A stretch of DNA of 64,000 bases from Tubulanus polymorphus (GCF_964204645.1 NC_134028.1:19227653-19291652); one strand, 5' to 3'. Shown: positions 16,101-29,360, counted from the first letter of the stretch. Translations and numbers: made by a program. Notes: generated by a model not told the origin, from the sequence alone.

Positions 16101-19100
16101 CAATTGGCAGCCATATTTAATCTCATCAGACTTCAAACGTAGATGTGAAAAATTTTTTTTGAGGAAAATGTCGACAAGTTTTTAGTTACAGTCTAGATAT
16201 TTGATAATTGTCAGCATAATTATGGGAAATATCTTATATAGAGGTATAATAGACATAAAACACCTTGCTACCATCTATGTTTGTAAAATCATGAGATGAT
16301 CAGCATTTCATTATACCAGGCAGCATGTACCGTAGTTTATTGTCTATCATGTATACTGTTTTTCTTAGATTCAACGTGATAAGCTTCTCTGGTGAAGTAG
16401 AGCAATGGGAGGAGATGATTGTACCTGCCAATCAAGAAAACTGTCATAGTGCTGTACAATGGGTATCATCTCTGAAAGCCAATGGAAATACTTGCACTCT
16501 TGAAGCATTAGAGGTAAACAAATTAATTCATAAATACATGTATATGATTTAAGTTTGTTACTGTTCATATCTCTCTTACCCATTGACATTGATATGGCCT
16601 CAAATAGCAACTAGATTAGTGTGCAGTTTCATGCATTTATTTCATAGGTAGCATTCGCCGATGCAGATGTTGAAGCTATCTATTTGCTGACAGATGGCAA
16701 ACCAGACACATCAACATCTTTGGTTCTTAGGGAAGTGGCCAAAATGAATGAAACACGTCAAGTCAACATCAATACAATCTCATTCAACTGTGCTGATAGG
16801 TATTAATTTTTCAACATAATGAATTTTCACTTCTGTTTCACTCATATTTTTCAGCTTTCACCATCTATCATGTGTCCATACATGCCAACCTGTACAATTC
16901 CTCCGTATTTGTTACGTTTTTTTTTTTTCATAAAATGCTACTTGCTCACAAAAAAATATCAATAGATTTATAAACTACGATTTTAGTTTTACCGATCATA
17001 TCTTAATTACCTGTAACTAATATCAGTCTGAGGTTTGAGAAATTTCGTAGTTTTTAAATTTCTTGAGGTTGTTTTTGTGATTTTTTAACATTATTGATAC
17101 TACGGTACTGATAATTATTTTCAGTGAAAAAGGGTAACGAATACGGTCAAATTGTACAGGTTGGCATGTGTGGACACACGGGTTGATAAGTGGGATAATA
17201 TAGTATTCTAGATATTAGTGCCTATCCATTTTTTGTAACCACAATCAACTGCAGAAGTGTAGTATACAAAATGTTCTATGATTGTGTTGAGTATCATAGT
17301 TTTTTAATTCTGTACCAATATTTTTTTGGAAATTGATGTTGGAAATTGTTATCATCAGAAAGTCTAGCATTGTGTCCCTAGACCCCTGGTTTACTAACTT
17401 TGCCATCATCACTTATTACCAGTATTTTTCCTAACTGCTGCCACAAAACTTTCAAAGATTACACAACAATTCATTCGGGTACCTGGTGGTTAAGATCGGT
17501 GGATGCTATCCGCTTAGTGGTGTGACATATCACGTGGGCACACACAATGAACATCTGATAATGGTAGTCACCTGAGGTTTCTAGCAATTTTAGAATTATA
17601 TTGAAAATATGGGAATTAAGTTCATGTCTGATTCAGCTTTGTACTCAAATCATCTTCATTTCATTTGTAGCACTGCTAATAATTTCCTCAAATTGTTAGC
17701 TGCTGAAACTGGTGGAAGATACCATAGTTGTCATAGTGACTTTGACGCCGATCTGTTTGCACACAAGTTGATAAGTGAAGGCGCACATGATTTGGAGGTG
17801 AGAACCATAGAAACCAAAAAACCAGCCTAAAAAAAATAAGCCTTCAAACTTTTCTGAAACTGCTATAGAATTTTTGTTTTTAGAAGCAACATTATACATG
17901 TATGCTGTATTTGAAAATTTCAGTATCCAAAACTACCAGATTTTGAAGGAGATGATTTGAAACGATTAGGAGCTGAAATTGCACAAGCACGACAATACTT
18001 ACAACAATGTCATTCATTCAAAAAAATGTATGACTCGCATCACGGAGGGGCTGGAGATTTTGTTAAGGGAATGGCTAGGCAAGACGATATCCTTGGAAAG
18101 GTGGTAAGTAATTAATTGGACTATTAGCTTCTACTAAGTTGTCATAGAACAGTCAGTCTCAATGCAATTGTTACTCATGATCCAATGCACGTTCCTCTAT
18201 CTATACTATGAAGAATGGCAGAAAACTCTCGTAATGCTTAAATCTGCCCGCAATACTTGGGACAGCTGACATTCAGATATGCATATGTAAAGGCACTAAA
18301 CCAGTGTTGGTGGTCATTCCTCACCTGGATAAAAATCTATGTTTGGGAACCAACTTAAAGGTCAACTGCCCTCTAATTCCTACTTTTTTTTCCTAATTTA
18401 TTTCTGAAAGGAGAAATTGAAGGAATTCTGTAAAATAATTATCATTTTCCCGCCTGATGTCATATCGGGATATCCCTCGATTTTTGACACCGATATGGCT
18501 GTGGTGATCGGCCTTTCTAAAAAAAAGAATTCTTACTCGTTGAGGTGTGCCGCTACTTGTTGTATTGTATATCGTAGGCCTAAAAACAGTTTTTGATGAA
18601 ATTATTGGATTATTTCAGATTTACAGTGCTTATTTAATCAAGGATTGTTTTAAAATCTATCGAATAAAGCTAAGTTCATTGTTCTCAATCAAATCTATTA
18701 GTTTTCCATAGCTTAGCTATTCATAAAACGCACCAAAAGTTTGTTATTCTTCAGTGGTACAATGCGCGTGGAAATGTTTGTTTGACTACAATGACGTCAG
18801 CAATCGTGGGTTTTTCACAGCAAACGCGCACATGCTGTCTACGGGAAGCTGGTGAAAATAGCCGAATTTAAAGTCTTATTTCTCAGTAATGGCTTTACCA
18901 AAATCAAAATTAGTAACACACTTATGATTTATATACATACATGTGTCACATTTGAAAAATAGGTTTTACTCAATATTCTATTTAGAGGGCAGTTGACCTT
19001 TAAATGCAATTATTGGCACAGTGTTTGGCTGTCCTGAGTTTAGTGGGTAGCATTAACCATTACAGAGATAAGTCGAGATGATACACAAAATCCGTGTAGG

Positions 19101-22100
19101 ATGAATAATCGAGAGAAATCCCACTATAAATCAGCAAAAGGCGTTAAATTTCAGATGTAGACGAGAATATATTTAAAGCAACATTTTCGGCTTAAACGTA
19201 TTACTCATAATCGTAAAGTAATTTATAACAAAGACAATAAAATAAAAATTGAGTACAGAGTAAGTAAGGCCAAACAAAAAATGTATTCTGTTACTGGTCA
19301 GCATGCGCGTCGATCTAGAACCCCCGCATCAAAATTTTTTTTCGGAAACAAAAATCGGCTCCGAAATTTGCGCACTGTGCGCTAGCGCCAACTAGTCGCC
19401 GATGTCGTCAACCGCGGAAGTAAAACGCGGAAGTTTAGTCCATCTATCTATTCATTGCTATTGTCTGATTGTGAATGAAAACCAAAAGCATGTTGATATC
19501 GATGTCAATTTTGAATGGCCGGCTACTATACGTCGGTTCAGACTTGTTCCTGTCGACTAATCCATCACACTCGATAGTCAAATGTAGGAACATTTAAAAT
19601 AAACAACAACAAAAAAACGCATCACCACATCATTTCGTACAGAAGGGCCTGACCAGAAACAGAATATATATTTTTTTGGCCTAATAGCAAACAGCAAACT
19701 AGGGGTAATGATACACATTAAAGCAATTTGAACACAAAACCCAAATTTAAAGTGATGGAAAACATCAAAGCTTAATCAGTGAGTAAATGGAAACAACCAA
19801 AAGAAAGAAGGGCAGGCTAGAAGGGAAAAATTTTTATAAAGGGGTTCAAGTGAAGAGAGAAATTTTGAGATGAATAAGTTATGGGGGGGGGGGGGACGTT
19901 ATTCAAATACACATCCAAATGTTCACTTAACTGAGCAGTTTTCAGAATGTGTTGTTTGGTTTATTGGGACAGTCAAAAATGATGTCTATGATATGTTTCA
20001 CCAATATGAAGGGTGTCTCAAAAAATGTGTAGCTTTAGACTAATCATTCATGAACTATAATTGAAATACAATTTTTAGGGGGTATGGTAGGTAGACGTAG
20101 ATGTTTGTTTGAGGATGGCCAGTTGAAATGCATAACTGGGTCACGCATTGCTGGGTACTAGCATGTTTTGAATGGCCCTTAAAATGAAGTCGAACCAATA
20201 CAAGAGATAAGGATTATTGCATTGTGTGTGTTTTATTATAAATGTTCTGCTGTCATTTGACTCGATTTGAGACATTGCAATTAAATCAACTAAGACTGAC
20301 ATCTCCTTGATAAAATTGTTGGTCTGCTTTACTAATTAATCTACTCTGGAACTTGTTCAGTATGGTAACCATCTAACCAATGTACAGTTGAGCTCGACGT
20401 CGATTTTGACACATGAGATTCAGTATTTCCCAAAATCTATTACTTTCCGAACACTAAAGTATTGGATTCCTGCTCGTGGTGTTTTGAATACTGATACCTT
20501 GTTTTTTACAATTCCCCGCAGGAAAATATCACAGAGAGTGAAATCCAGTGGTTTGGTGATTTTATTAGGACGTTCGTTAGACGAACGTCCTTGTGATCGG
20601 TTTGCCGGTTGATGACGCACTTCCGATTTGGTTGACAGATGTTTAAGGTCGTTTTAAAGCCAGTTAGTTAGAGATTTCCTCGAATTCCGCATCAGAAATG
20701 GTGTCTTCAAGTTGGGATTGAATTTGGTTAAAAATAGTTGGTTAGTTTTTGCTGTGCCCTCTTGAAAAAATGCTCTTCACGCCGTTTATGTGACATCACA
20801 CATCACGTGTTGCTTATGACGTGATCGACAGAAGTGCCATTTTTAAAATCGTTGTATCGTGGATGTTAACTTTAGAGGACCGTACGAAGTCTCTTTAAAG
20901 GTGAGTGTCAACATATATGGTGACTTAACTTAATTCTTTGTGAGCGCATAGAGGCCCTGTGAGAATCTACAGACGTTCGCAGCATTGAAAATTACGCAAT
21001 GGTCCGCTCGACACGCACACACACACAGGGGTTTGGCAATGGGCTTGGATTTTATTTCCGGGTTGTTGATAATCTCGCGAGAATGGCGCTAAATATGAAC
21101 TGCGAATAAATTCAAAATATCACGGAAATACCTTGTGTTTATATTGTTTATTTATCCGCTATAAAGTTTCGATAAACAATTGGTCGTTAAGAATCATTAT
21201 CAGACGGTCGCCACGCTACTATATAAAAGAACAAGGGATGAAACGCCAGGCCTCCGCTGTACTTAAATTTTCAGCCAGAAAGTTGGGACAGTCACGTGAC
21301 ATTCTGATGACGTCATCGCATTTAAAACTTCAACATGAAAAGTTAACATATTCACAGACCGATATCAATTGTCAGATTAGGATTCATATGAAATAAATAA
21401 CTTATACAGAATAAATTATGATGAAATATACAATTCATAGTCAAAAAATGCATCTGAATGTAAGTTATTCTCAAATATTTTTCGTATCATAGTTTCCGTC
21501 TTAGATGCTTCGGGTTTGCATTCAGTCAAATAAGAAGCGTTAAGTCACGTGACTGTCCCAACTTTCTGGCTGGCACGAATTGAACTGCGTTTCATCCCTT
21601 GTGATTTTATATAGTAAAGCGTGACGACCGTCTGATAATGATTCTTAACGACCAATTGTTTATCGAAACTTTATAGCGGATAAATAAACAATATAAACAC
21701 AAGGTATTTCCATGATATTTTGAATTTATTCGCAGTTCATATTTAGCGCCATTCTCGCGAGATTATCAACAACCCGGAAATAAAATCCAAGCCCATCGCC
21801 AAACCCCTGTGCACACACATGCTGTCAGTTTGACCTACGTGACTAAATACAGCCGCCATGAATCAGAAGCAATCCACTTCAAATTTTATGAAGTGCATAT
21901 CATAATTATTATTTATCCGATATACACCAAAAAACCTTTAAGAGAAAGGTATTTGGCGTCGGATTCTGTACCGAAAATCCCGGATTGTTGCACTGTATAG
22001 TTTTTTTAGTTGGGTTCTTTTAACATTTTGCCTATAAGCCATTTGATTGACACGTGGGGCGGGGCTTGCGGTCTGCCGATGACGTCAGATGTAAACAATA

Positions 22101-22423
22101 ATATAACCACGTGCATCGCGCACATGTGTAAACAAACCTGGCAACAAATTAGATTTTTTGGCGCCAAAACTTTTTTGATTTTTTCTTTTGTCCAATGATT
22201 TTTCAACTGGGGCCAACTGCTATGCCATTAGATTGTACAATCAAGTATTCACGTTTTATAGACTCTCTCTGAAATAATTCTTGTCCAGGGGACATGTATT
22301 GAAATATCTATTGTCGTTGTTTTTGTTTTTTTTTACTTTTAGGATATAAACAGCCTAGAAGAAACATCATCTGGCAGACACACATTTGACTACAGATCAT
22401 ATCCTGTTATAAAATGTGTTTAA
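1122..22423 (+). CDS. VWA3A: von Willebrand factor A domain-containing protein 3A orthologue, spliced, 5' part outside window
   Basis: GT-AG exons with consistent phases: 1122-1228, 1354-1479, 1640-1748, 3927-3992, 4364-4495, 5251-5389, 5477-5580, 5746-5921, 6805-6924, 7243-7317, 7967-8061, 8813-9058, 9535-9653, 11241-11372, 12464-12536, 13392-13654, 14431-14549, 14629-14916, 16369-16513, 16648-16799, 17671-17797, 17924-18103, 22343-22423 (~1,057 aa). The peptides HLIDEQLSNK, LYQVLAPNAYS..EEFIP, QFQWHDGSMKNVHVD, IHIQHSLRLLMEQQL, GVYLFTSGIPDQ, GGRFHWF, DTSGSM and YLLTDGKPD match vertebrate VWA3A as I recall it. Confidence 0.92.
1771..2359. mobile_element. Tc1/mariner(pogo)-type MITE in VWA3A intron
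   Basis: 23-bp inverted repeat GTAAACTCCGCCTAAGTCGGATC (1771) / GATCCGACTTAGGCAGAGTTTAC (2335) with one mismatch. Right end is ...GG followed by TA; left end is degenerate. Confidence 0.55.
2035..2190 (-). mobile_element. tRNA-derived SINE-like fragment nested in the MITE
   Basis: Minus-strand Pol III B box GGTTCGAATCCC (2123-2134), with an A-box-like AGCTCGTAGGG about 45 nt upstream. No complete cloverleaf. Confidence 0.4.
2391..2845 (+). mobile_element. Helentron-associated (HINE/DINE-like) non-autonomous element
   Basis: T-rich start, 5' hairpin AGCCCACT..AGTGGGCT followed by ATTGC, GTCC-like degenerate microsatellite, 3' GTGAGCAATAT motif. Related heads occur near 11455, 15125 and 23443. 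Confidence 0.45.
10301..10509. repeat. 106-bp tandem duplication (intronic)
   Basis: CAGCTGGATATTTTGACCCGATG...CTAGTGCCATAT occurs at 10301 and 10407. Confidence 0.9.
10790..11149. mobile_element. piggyBac-type MITE
   Basis: TIR CCCATTAGCACTCA / TGAGTGCTAATGGG, flanked by CTAA and TTAA (degenerate TTAA TSD). Confidence 0.7.
11602..12157. mobile_element. pogo/Tigger-type MITE
   Basis: TIR CAGTCAAACCTCGTTAT / ATAATGAGGTTTGACTG with one mismatch. Right flank TA, left flank CA. Confidence 0.7.
16871..17178. mobile_element. MITE with 29-bp inverted ends
   Basis: TGTGTCCATACATGCCAACCTGTACAATT (16871) is the reverse complement of 17150-17178 with one mismatch. Superfamily unclear. Confidence 0.65.
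18359..18999. mobile_element. Kolobok-type MITE
   Basis: TTAA TSD on both sides (18355-18358, 19000-19003). TIR AGGTCAACTGCCCTCTAA / TTAGAGGGCAGTTGACCT. Purine-purine termini with a TTAA TSD are the Kolobok signature. Confidence 0.78.
19268..19681. mobile_element. PIF/Harbinger-type MITE
   Basis: TAA TSD on both sides, GGCCAAA...TTTGGCC termini, imperfect ~35-bp TIR (..TATTCTGTTACTGGTCAG / CTGACCAGAAACAGAATA..). Confidence 0.72.
21024..21811. mobile_element. long-TIR foldback MITE, possibly P superfamily
   Basis: Inverted arms of ~275 bp (CACAGGGGTTTGGC...GTCACGTGAC), nearly perfect over the first ~190 bp. An identical 8-bp CACACACA flanks both sides. Confidence 0.82.
22343..22423 (+). CDS. 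VWA3A: probable terminal coding exon of VWA3A
   Basis: Long polypyrimidine tract, AG at 22341-22342, phase 0. Reads DINSLEETSSGRHTFDYRSYPVIKCV*. The stop TAA (22421) overlaps AATAAA. No homology support for this tail. Confidence 0.6.
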   Translation, partial: DINSLEETSSGRHTFDYRSYPVIKCV

Positions 22424-25190
22424 TAAATATTTTACTCAAGTTTTCTTGCCATTAATACTTCCTGACTACTTTTATTTTATGGTTATCTAAGGGCAAGGCA
22501 AACATTGGTGGGGTTCCTTTGGCCCTCCGAATACATAGGACCAAAAGGGGTATTTTATGCCATTTGGATTTATTTTTGCTTAGAAAATCTATTCAAATAC
22601 TTTTTGGCGGGCACATTCAAATTCTGAAGGGTAGGACTAGTCCAACCCCTAAATCCACTTGCATTCAGTCTCATGAGAACTAACTTAAAACGTTAAAACC
22701 TTCACCGGCCTCCTACTCAATTTTTTGAATAGATGTAAAACTTATGGCAGAATTTATGGTTGATTCCTCGATTTTTGAATCCCAAAGAATAATTTTTGAA
22801 TTACGCAGTAGGATGACACTTGAATAGCCGGTATTCAAATTTTCCAATCAATGTGGGAGGTGTCTGGGTCTACATGCGTTTCACAAACGAACGTCCTCTT
22901 TTAAAGTTTCTTTCTAGTTTCAATTATCTTACTGGCAGCTGGTCATTTAACAATGAACATACACAATGGAAGAATATGTAATTTCGGTTCCATACCATTT
23001 TCATGGCCATTCATAAACACACTACTGCTCAGCCATGCATTGCTTACTATTGCATTTCAGCGTTTCTTCATTGAGTAAACATCTCGGTCTTCCAACCTTC
23101 CCTCCCAAAAATGTATTACATTATAGTTAATGAATAGTTAAGCTTAAAAGTTGGGTAACACATTTTCTGAGACAGCTTGTATATTGATGTAGATTCATCT
23201 ATCCAGGTTTTAGATAACTAAATCCATTTAAAACTTTGATACGCTGGATATTCTATCACATACTTTAAGTGGATTTTATAGAAAGTGTTCAGGGGTTCAG
23301 TTATTGTGGAAATGCTTGCTTTACTCAAATTTAATGGACCTTGAGATTTTTCCATCAAATTCAACCTAAAAATTTGACCTTATATTTTGGAGCATGTATA
23401 CCATGAATAAAGTGTTTCATTGCAAATGAATAGCCATCTCGTTTTTTAGCCTACCAGTGGGCTATTGCGTTCCCTTTTTGTCCTTCTGTTCGTCCATAGA
23501 CAGAATCTAGTTATTTTGGGAAATTTTAAAGATGCTTCAATGGATTGTCTTGATCTTTGGGTTATACATGTATCTAACCTAGATACATCTGTCCTTAAAC
23601 TGGCCTAATCAGAATCATGATGGCCTACTGGCAGCCATCGTTGTTAACCAAAATCAGTACCGTACATTGATTGTTTTAAACGCTCCGAAGAGAAACTAAG
23701 CCTCTTTCACAAGTAATTTTGTACCAAAGGAAGAAAGTGTCAAATGTGATAGCAAAAAAATGCACACTGCTAAAGCAAATTATGAAATTTGGCTCATTTT
23801 CACGATTTGAAATTAGATATAATTTTTGTGATGAGTTTCAAGATCATTTGTGTCTGTATAGGCTTACATTATAGGCCACCAATAGCTTTTGTTTTTAACG
23901 ATAAATTATGTTACAATAATACAGAATAATCATTCTTGAGAAATTCTAGAGCTGTAATGATTGTCAGATTAATGAAATATAAACGATTGAAAAGTGTTAA
24001 TTTGAAGGAATTATGGATACAGGGTTTCTAAGTGGCGATCTGAAGTAAAGTATATATCATTTCAAATGGTCTGAACAAAACTATTAAGGCCTTGCTGGCC
24101 TCATGGTAAAAGGGAAATGAGGTGTATACTAGCTGTACATGTATATGCATGTACTAATATTTTTCTTCATTATTTTCATTTCTTTCCAGTAAAATATCTC
24201 GGGACATATCTGGATGTCAAGAGCCTGAACCCAATATGCACTCTATTTATTAATCTAAGAAGATACAGAATCATGTAACGGACCATGACACACCTTTTAA
24301 TAATCAGACTGAAAGATTATTTCTGGAACAGAATAACCGTGTAATGACAGCAGAGTCCTAGTAGAAGTGGAGTGGCTTTACATAGCGGTAGTTCTCAGGA
24401 ACGAATTCATGTAGAAAAGATATCTGCAACTAGGAAGAGCTAGAGGACTTTTTAGGCTGGCCGAGATTTACAGAGGATTAATTGTGTCAATTATTGTAAT
24501 TATTAGAAGAATCATACTGAACACTTCTGTTCTATTATTTTACAATTTTGAATTACTTGTGCTGCACAATGAGGCCCTTTTCGCTGATCCACTTAGCTGT
24601 AGATAATAGCAGGTGTTCAAGTGAACTGGGGTATCGTCCTCTTTTTTATTTCCAGGTTGATAGGGCTACAAATGAGTATTTCAGGTTTAATTTCTGTGAA
24701 TTATTTACTTGATTCATCTTGTAGGAGGACTTTAAAAGGTACCACATCAAAATTATTTTTGTGACAAGTAAAATACTGGTTGGGTATCACATGCGACATG
24801 CTTGTAAGCCATGCATTGATTGCTAACTCAATTGACTTTGAATTATTGAGTTTATCAGACTTTGAAATAGATACATTTAGTACTTCGAGAAAACTATATA
24901 ACGTCTCAGTGACGCGCTACAAGCCAGAAATTTGAGGAGGTTTGTTTACGAAAGAAACGCAACTTTTTTGATTTTAATCATAATTGTCATCAAACCAATT
25001 CGAAAAGACATCCGCCCTATCCATCTACAGGCTTGCATTGCAGGTGAATATCTATCCGTCCGTGCAATTTGTGATCAAATCTATCATGGCTCTACTAGAG
25101 TTAAGGTTATCTTTGTACCGGTTTAATGTTTTTTAAAATGTTTTTTCATACGTTATGACAAGTTTATATGTTACGTCCAAACAACAATTT

Positions 25191-25294
<104 letters not shown>

Positions 25295-26503
25295 GTTTTA
25301 TCTATTCATCAGCAATGAGTAAAAATTTCGAAATATCCAACCACAATGCACAGCTTTAAATGTGTTTTTAAAACAAAACCATATATTTCTCGTACTGCTT
25401 TTTATATATGTAGATGGCTAGTTATGATGTTGACAATAAATTTATCATTCAACATTATTTCGTCGCATTAACTTTATCAGGTTCATGTATTTTGTCTAAA
25501 TCGGAATCCAAAGTCCTCATTCCTAATTCGGGTGGACTCACTTGTTACTTAATTTTAAAAAACACCTCTAAACATAGCTCTGCCAGCGATGAATCTAGGA
25601 TTTCTGAAGAGGTGGATAACCTGATAATTTAAGAGGCCATATGAAACATTACTGCCGGGGCTACATAAATCAACCGGGAGATATCGAGTTGAGTAATAAA
25701 CTAGAATTACTTAAAACATTTATCTGTTATACTAGAACGTCAGACGCTGTTGCAAATCCAAGAACAAATCGATTTTGTGCTCAAATGTAAAATGTACTCA
25801 GTTGATCCTACTGGACCCGTGGTCCTTTATTCTCAGTGCTCATTTTGGGCTGGGGCATGAGGAATTTGAGTAAGTGTTAATCGGCGATGTCTTAAACTAA
25901 AGGGGCAATTATATTTGCCTCAGTTTTATGGGTAATCTATATAAATACGTAATCAACGCTTGACATTCTAATATTCATTTTTGGCATGCCTGAGAGTATA
26001 TTGATGAAAAAACTCGTGTTTTGAAGTCTGGACGATTGTTGCGCTGTACTTGAGTACTGCACTTTAATTATCTGACGTTTAGACTTCTTAAAGCCCGTGG
26101 TGTAACGGATTCGATGCCCGGGCATTCTACGTAATTGATATCGACGAAGACCGAAGACGAATTGGATAGATCTTTTTATGCCCCCGGCTCAACATTAGTT
26201 GAGAGAGGCGTGTAGATTTATTTACCCGCGTCTGAATACGCCACCGCCGCCGACAGTGCACTTAACAGCCTTGTAACACAAGTGGGATATCACTTGGGTC
26301 AGAACCCTTATTATGGGTCGATTCGATTCAAATTATGGCCACCAGGGGCCGACAAGAAAAATTACAATTTTTGGAACTAAAATTTGTATTTCCGAGTAGT
26401 ACTTACCCTTTCCTATGGTTTTTGCCAATATTTTCTAAATTTGGATTTATCGCCAATGGTTTTTCTATACGACCCGCCCCTGCGGTATTGCATTTAGCCA
26501 CCG

Positions 26504-27434
26504 GGTGTCACTAAACCTAAGACCCCCTAAACCTAAGACCTAAGACCCGTTAGGTCTTATGTTTAGGGGGTCTTAGGTTTAGTGACACCTATATATAATA
26601 TACTAAACCTAAGACCCATAAACCTAAGACCCCCAAATATCTCGTCTCTGATAAATGAACCAAATTTAAATAGGCCATCGATGGATCATTTTAACTAATA
26701 TCTATATATTAGAACCATTCTGAATAGTCTAAAGTACACATATAATGATTTAGAGTCGGGTCTTAGGTTTATGGGTCTTAGCTTTAGTGACACCTATATA
26801 TAATATACTAAACCTAAGACCTATAAACCTAAGACCCTCAAATATCTCGTCTCTGATAAATACACCAGATTTAAATAGGCCATCGATGGATCATTAACTA
26901 ATATCTATATATTAGAACCATTTTGAATAGTCTAAAGTACACAAATAATGATTTAGAGTCGGGTCTTAGGTTTATGGGTCTTAGGTTTAGTGACACCTAT
27001 ATATAATATACTAAACCTAAGACCCATAAACCTAAGACCCCCAAATATCTCGTCTCTGATAAATTAACTAAATTTTAATAGGCCATCGATGGATCATTAT
27101 TTTAACTAATATCTATATATTAGAACCATTTTGAATAGTCTAAAGTACACAAATAATGATTTAGAGTCGGGTCTTAGGTTTATGGGTCTTAGCTTTAGTG
27201 ACACCTATATATAATATACTAAACCTAAGACCTATAAACCTAAGACCCTCAAATATCACGTCTCTGATAAATAAACCAAATTTAAATAGGCAATCGATGG
27301 ATCATTTTAACTAATATCTATATATTAGAACCATTTCGAATAGTCTTAAGTACACAAATAATGATTTAGAGTCGGGTCTTAGGTTTATGGGTCTTAGGTT
27401 TAGTGACACCTATATATAATATACTAAACCTAAG
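26504..27434. repeat. 86-bp palindrome followed by four ~205-bp tandem units, each with internal 31-bp inverted ends
   Basis: Palindrome at 26504-26589. Units at 26590-26794, 26795-26997, 26998-27205 and 27206-27410, built from an AAACCTAAGACC motif. Confidence 0.92.
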
Positions 27435-28798
27435 TTAACCTAAATATTTTTTAATGTGCCGCTGATTGGCTAAATAAACAAATATCTTGATATCTTGAAC
27501 TTTGATTATTGTAATAAAGTATTATTGTAAGAATTTTGATAATTATAATGATAAATTGTTTAACAAACTCAAACAGTATGTAATAAATGAAATCGTTCAG
27601 CATCGGAAGATTTCTATTTGAGTCATTGGGGAAATCCCACTACCACGTATTCGCGTGATGTATTTTGAGATCGTCTCATGTGACGCATTTTCATATAAGA
27701 ATTCCTTGGTTCAAGTGCAGACATGTTAGGCCTTTTAACTACTTGAAGCATGGATCCCCCTCTGAAATTCCACCAAAACATCACGTTGAAAAAGGTGTGT
27801 TTTCATCATTCATATGTAATTCTGAAAAAAGCAATCTTTTATTTTTATCTTGATATTTCCGTTTCAAATAAGTTTCTGCAAAAAAAGTCATGAAATTGAT
27901 TGAAGGCCAGGTCTTTGAGATCTTTTATAATTCGTGAAGCTACACGTCAAAGCCCCATGGTGCTCTTGTATTATTGCGTAATCAACTCCGGGGTAAACGC
28001 AGTTTACCGTAAATTCATATAAACTGGTCATTCTTCGACTGAGAAACATGTCCTCTTTGCTTTATAATCAGTTCGGTATATGTTTCGAATAAACAAGGAC
28101 ACAGTGAACGATCTGACGTAAGTATTTTGAGAACGTCCTGAATATCCTAATGTCGTTTACCTTCTCTCTTTTTGTCTCAAATCGTCTCAAGTCGTGTCGT
28201 TGTGTATGAAAAAGACAGCCCAGCTTGGTTATTTCTTCGGGTCGCATAACACATAGCCGCAATCAGACGAGTGCTTCTGGCCCGGATAAATTGTTCACCG
28301 GTTGCCAAATAGGCCCGTAGCCGTGTCTGATTGGCTCGACCAAAAACATGAGACCAGGCCCGAGCCAAATTTTAGCGCGAGCCCAATTCAAATTATTTTG
28401 CGTGAATTGCAACTGTTTCCGGAAATGACTCTCTTCGCTTTGCTTAAGCATTATTTTGTATCGAATGGGTGATTTGCGAGTGAACGCGCTATCGCCAAAT
28501 TTTACCTGGGCCAAATCGTCTCTATGTGATCGTTGAAAGCGATTTTGATGCGTCAAATGAATATAACGACAGAAAGAAAAAACAGTACAAAATCTGTAAA
28601 AATTTAAAAAAACAACCGGGAATTGGTTTATTGGCTTGAGAACAGCAAATTACAATGGAAGCTATAACACCGGCTACACGTAAATGAAAAACAAATATTT
28701 GATTAAACCCAAGTTTATATATACTTCATTTGGTATACTTGTATGATTGTAGAAATATCTTTCAAACTACACGATTGTTCAAACATTAGCGTCTTAAT

Positions 28799-29360
28799 TA
28801 GTCAACCTTAGTTAATCCGTATCACTCGGGACCGAGCATTTTTGTACGGATTAAGTAATTTACAGATTACAGATAATCCGTACGTAGTTCTACGAATTAA
28901 TTTCAATTCGCATTAACTATGATTTCAGTGTTTGAACCGTATGATAGCCGGTTTAAAGATGTCTAAATTGCCTCTTAAAATCATTGAATGCAATACGAAA
29001 CCAGGTACCATCATTTAATAGAGTGGTGTGAGACAATGACTTCGATGGATTAATTTAGTGTTTCCAGGAGTTATCTCATATTTCCCATTGATCATATTAA
29101 TCGAGATTCTGTTGTTTATATCTATTTTCACTACAAATATATGTTACCGACAGCTGATACGGATTACACAATAGGTTTTACTTAGAAATGGCCAACGGGA
29201 CCATACGTATATTTGTCTACGGAATAAGTGAAAATACGGATAATGACGTACGAATTAAGGACATAATTCTAAATGGAATAATGTTACTTAAAAAGGGACC
29301 GATTTATTTATACGGAATAAGCACATGGTTTAACCGGGACGATTTAACCTAGGTTGACTA
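28799..29360. mobile_element. pogo-like MITE with imperfect TIRs
   Basis: TAGTCAACCT (28799) / AGGTTGACTA (29351) with partial extension inward, plus repeated internal TACGGA(A/T)TAA motifs. Confidence 0.5.

Noticed and set aside
1530-17899. ORF-track entries in the VWA3A region as independent genes
   Set aside because: They are exons extended into intron sequence or short random frames.
24160-24260. Strong polypyrimidine tract and AG at ~24189 as an alternative VWA3A last exon
   Set aside because: In phase 0 it begins with a TAA stop, and no homology or donor evidence supports it. It could be a UTR exon but cannot be supported.
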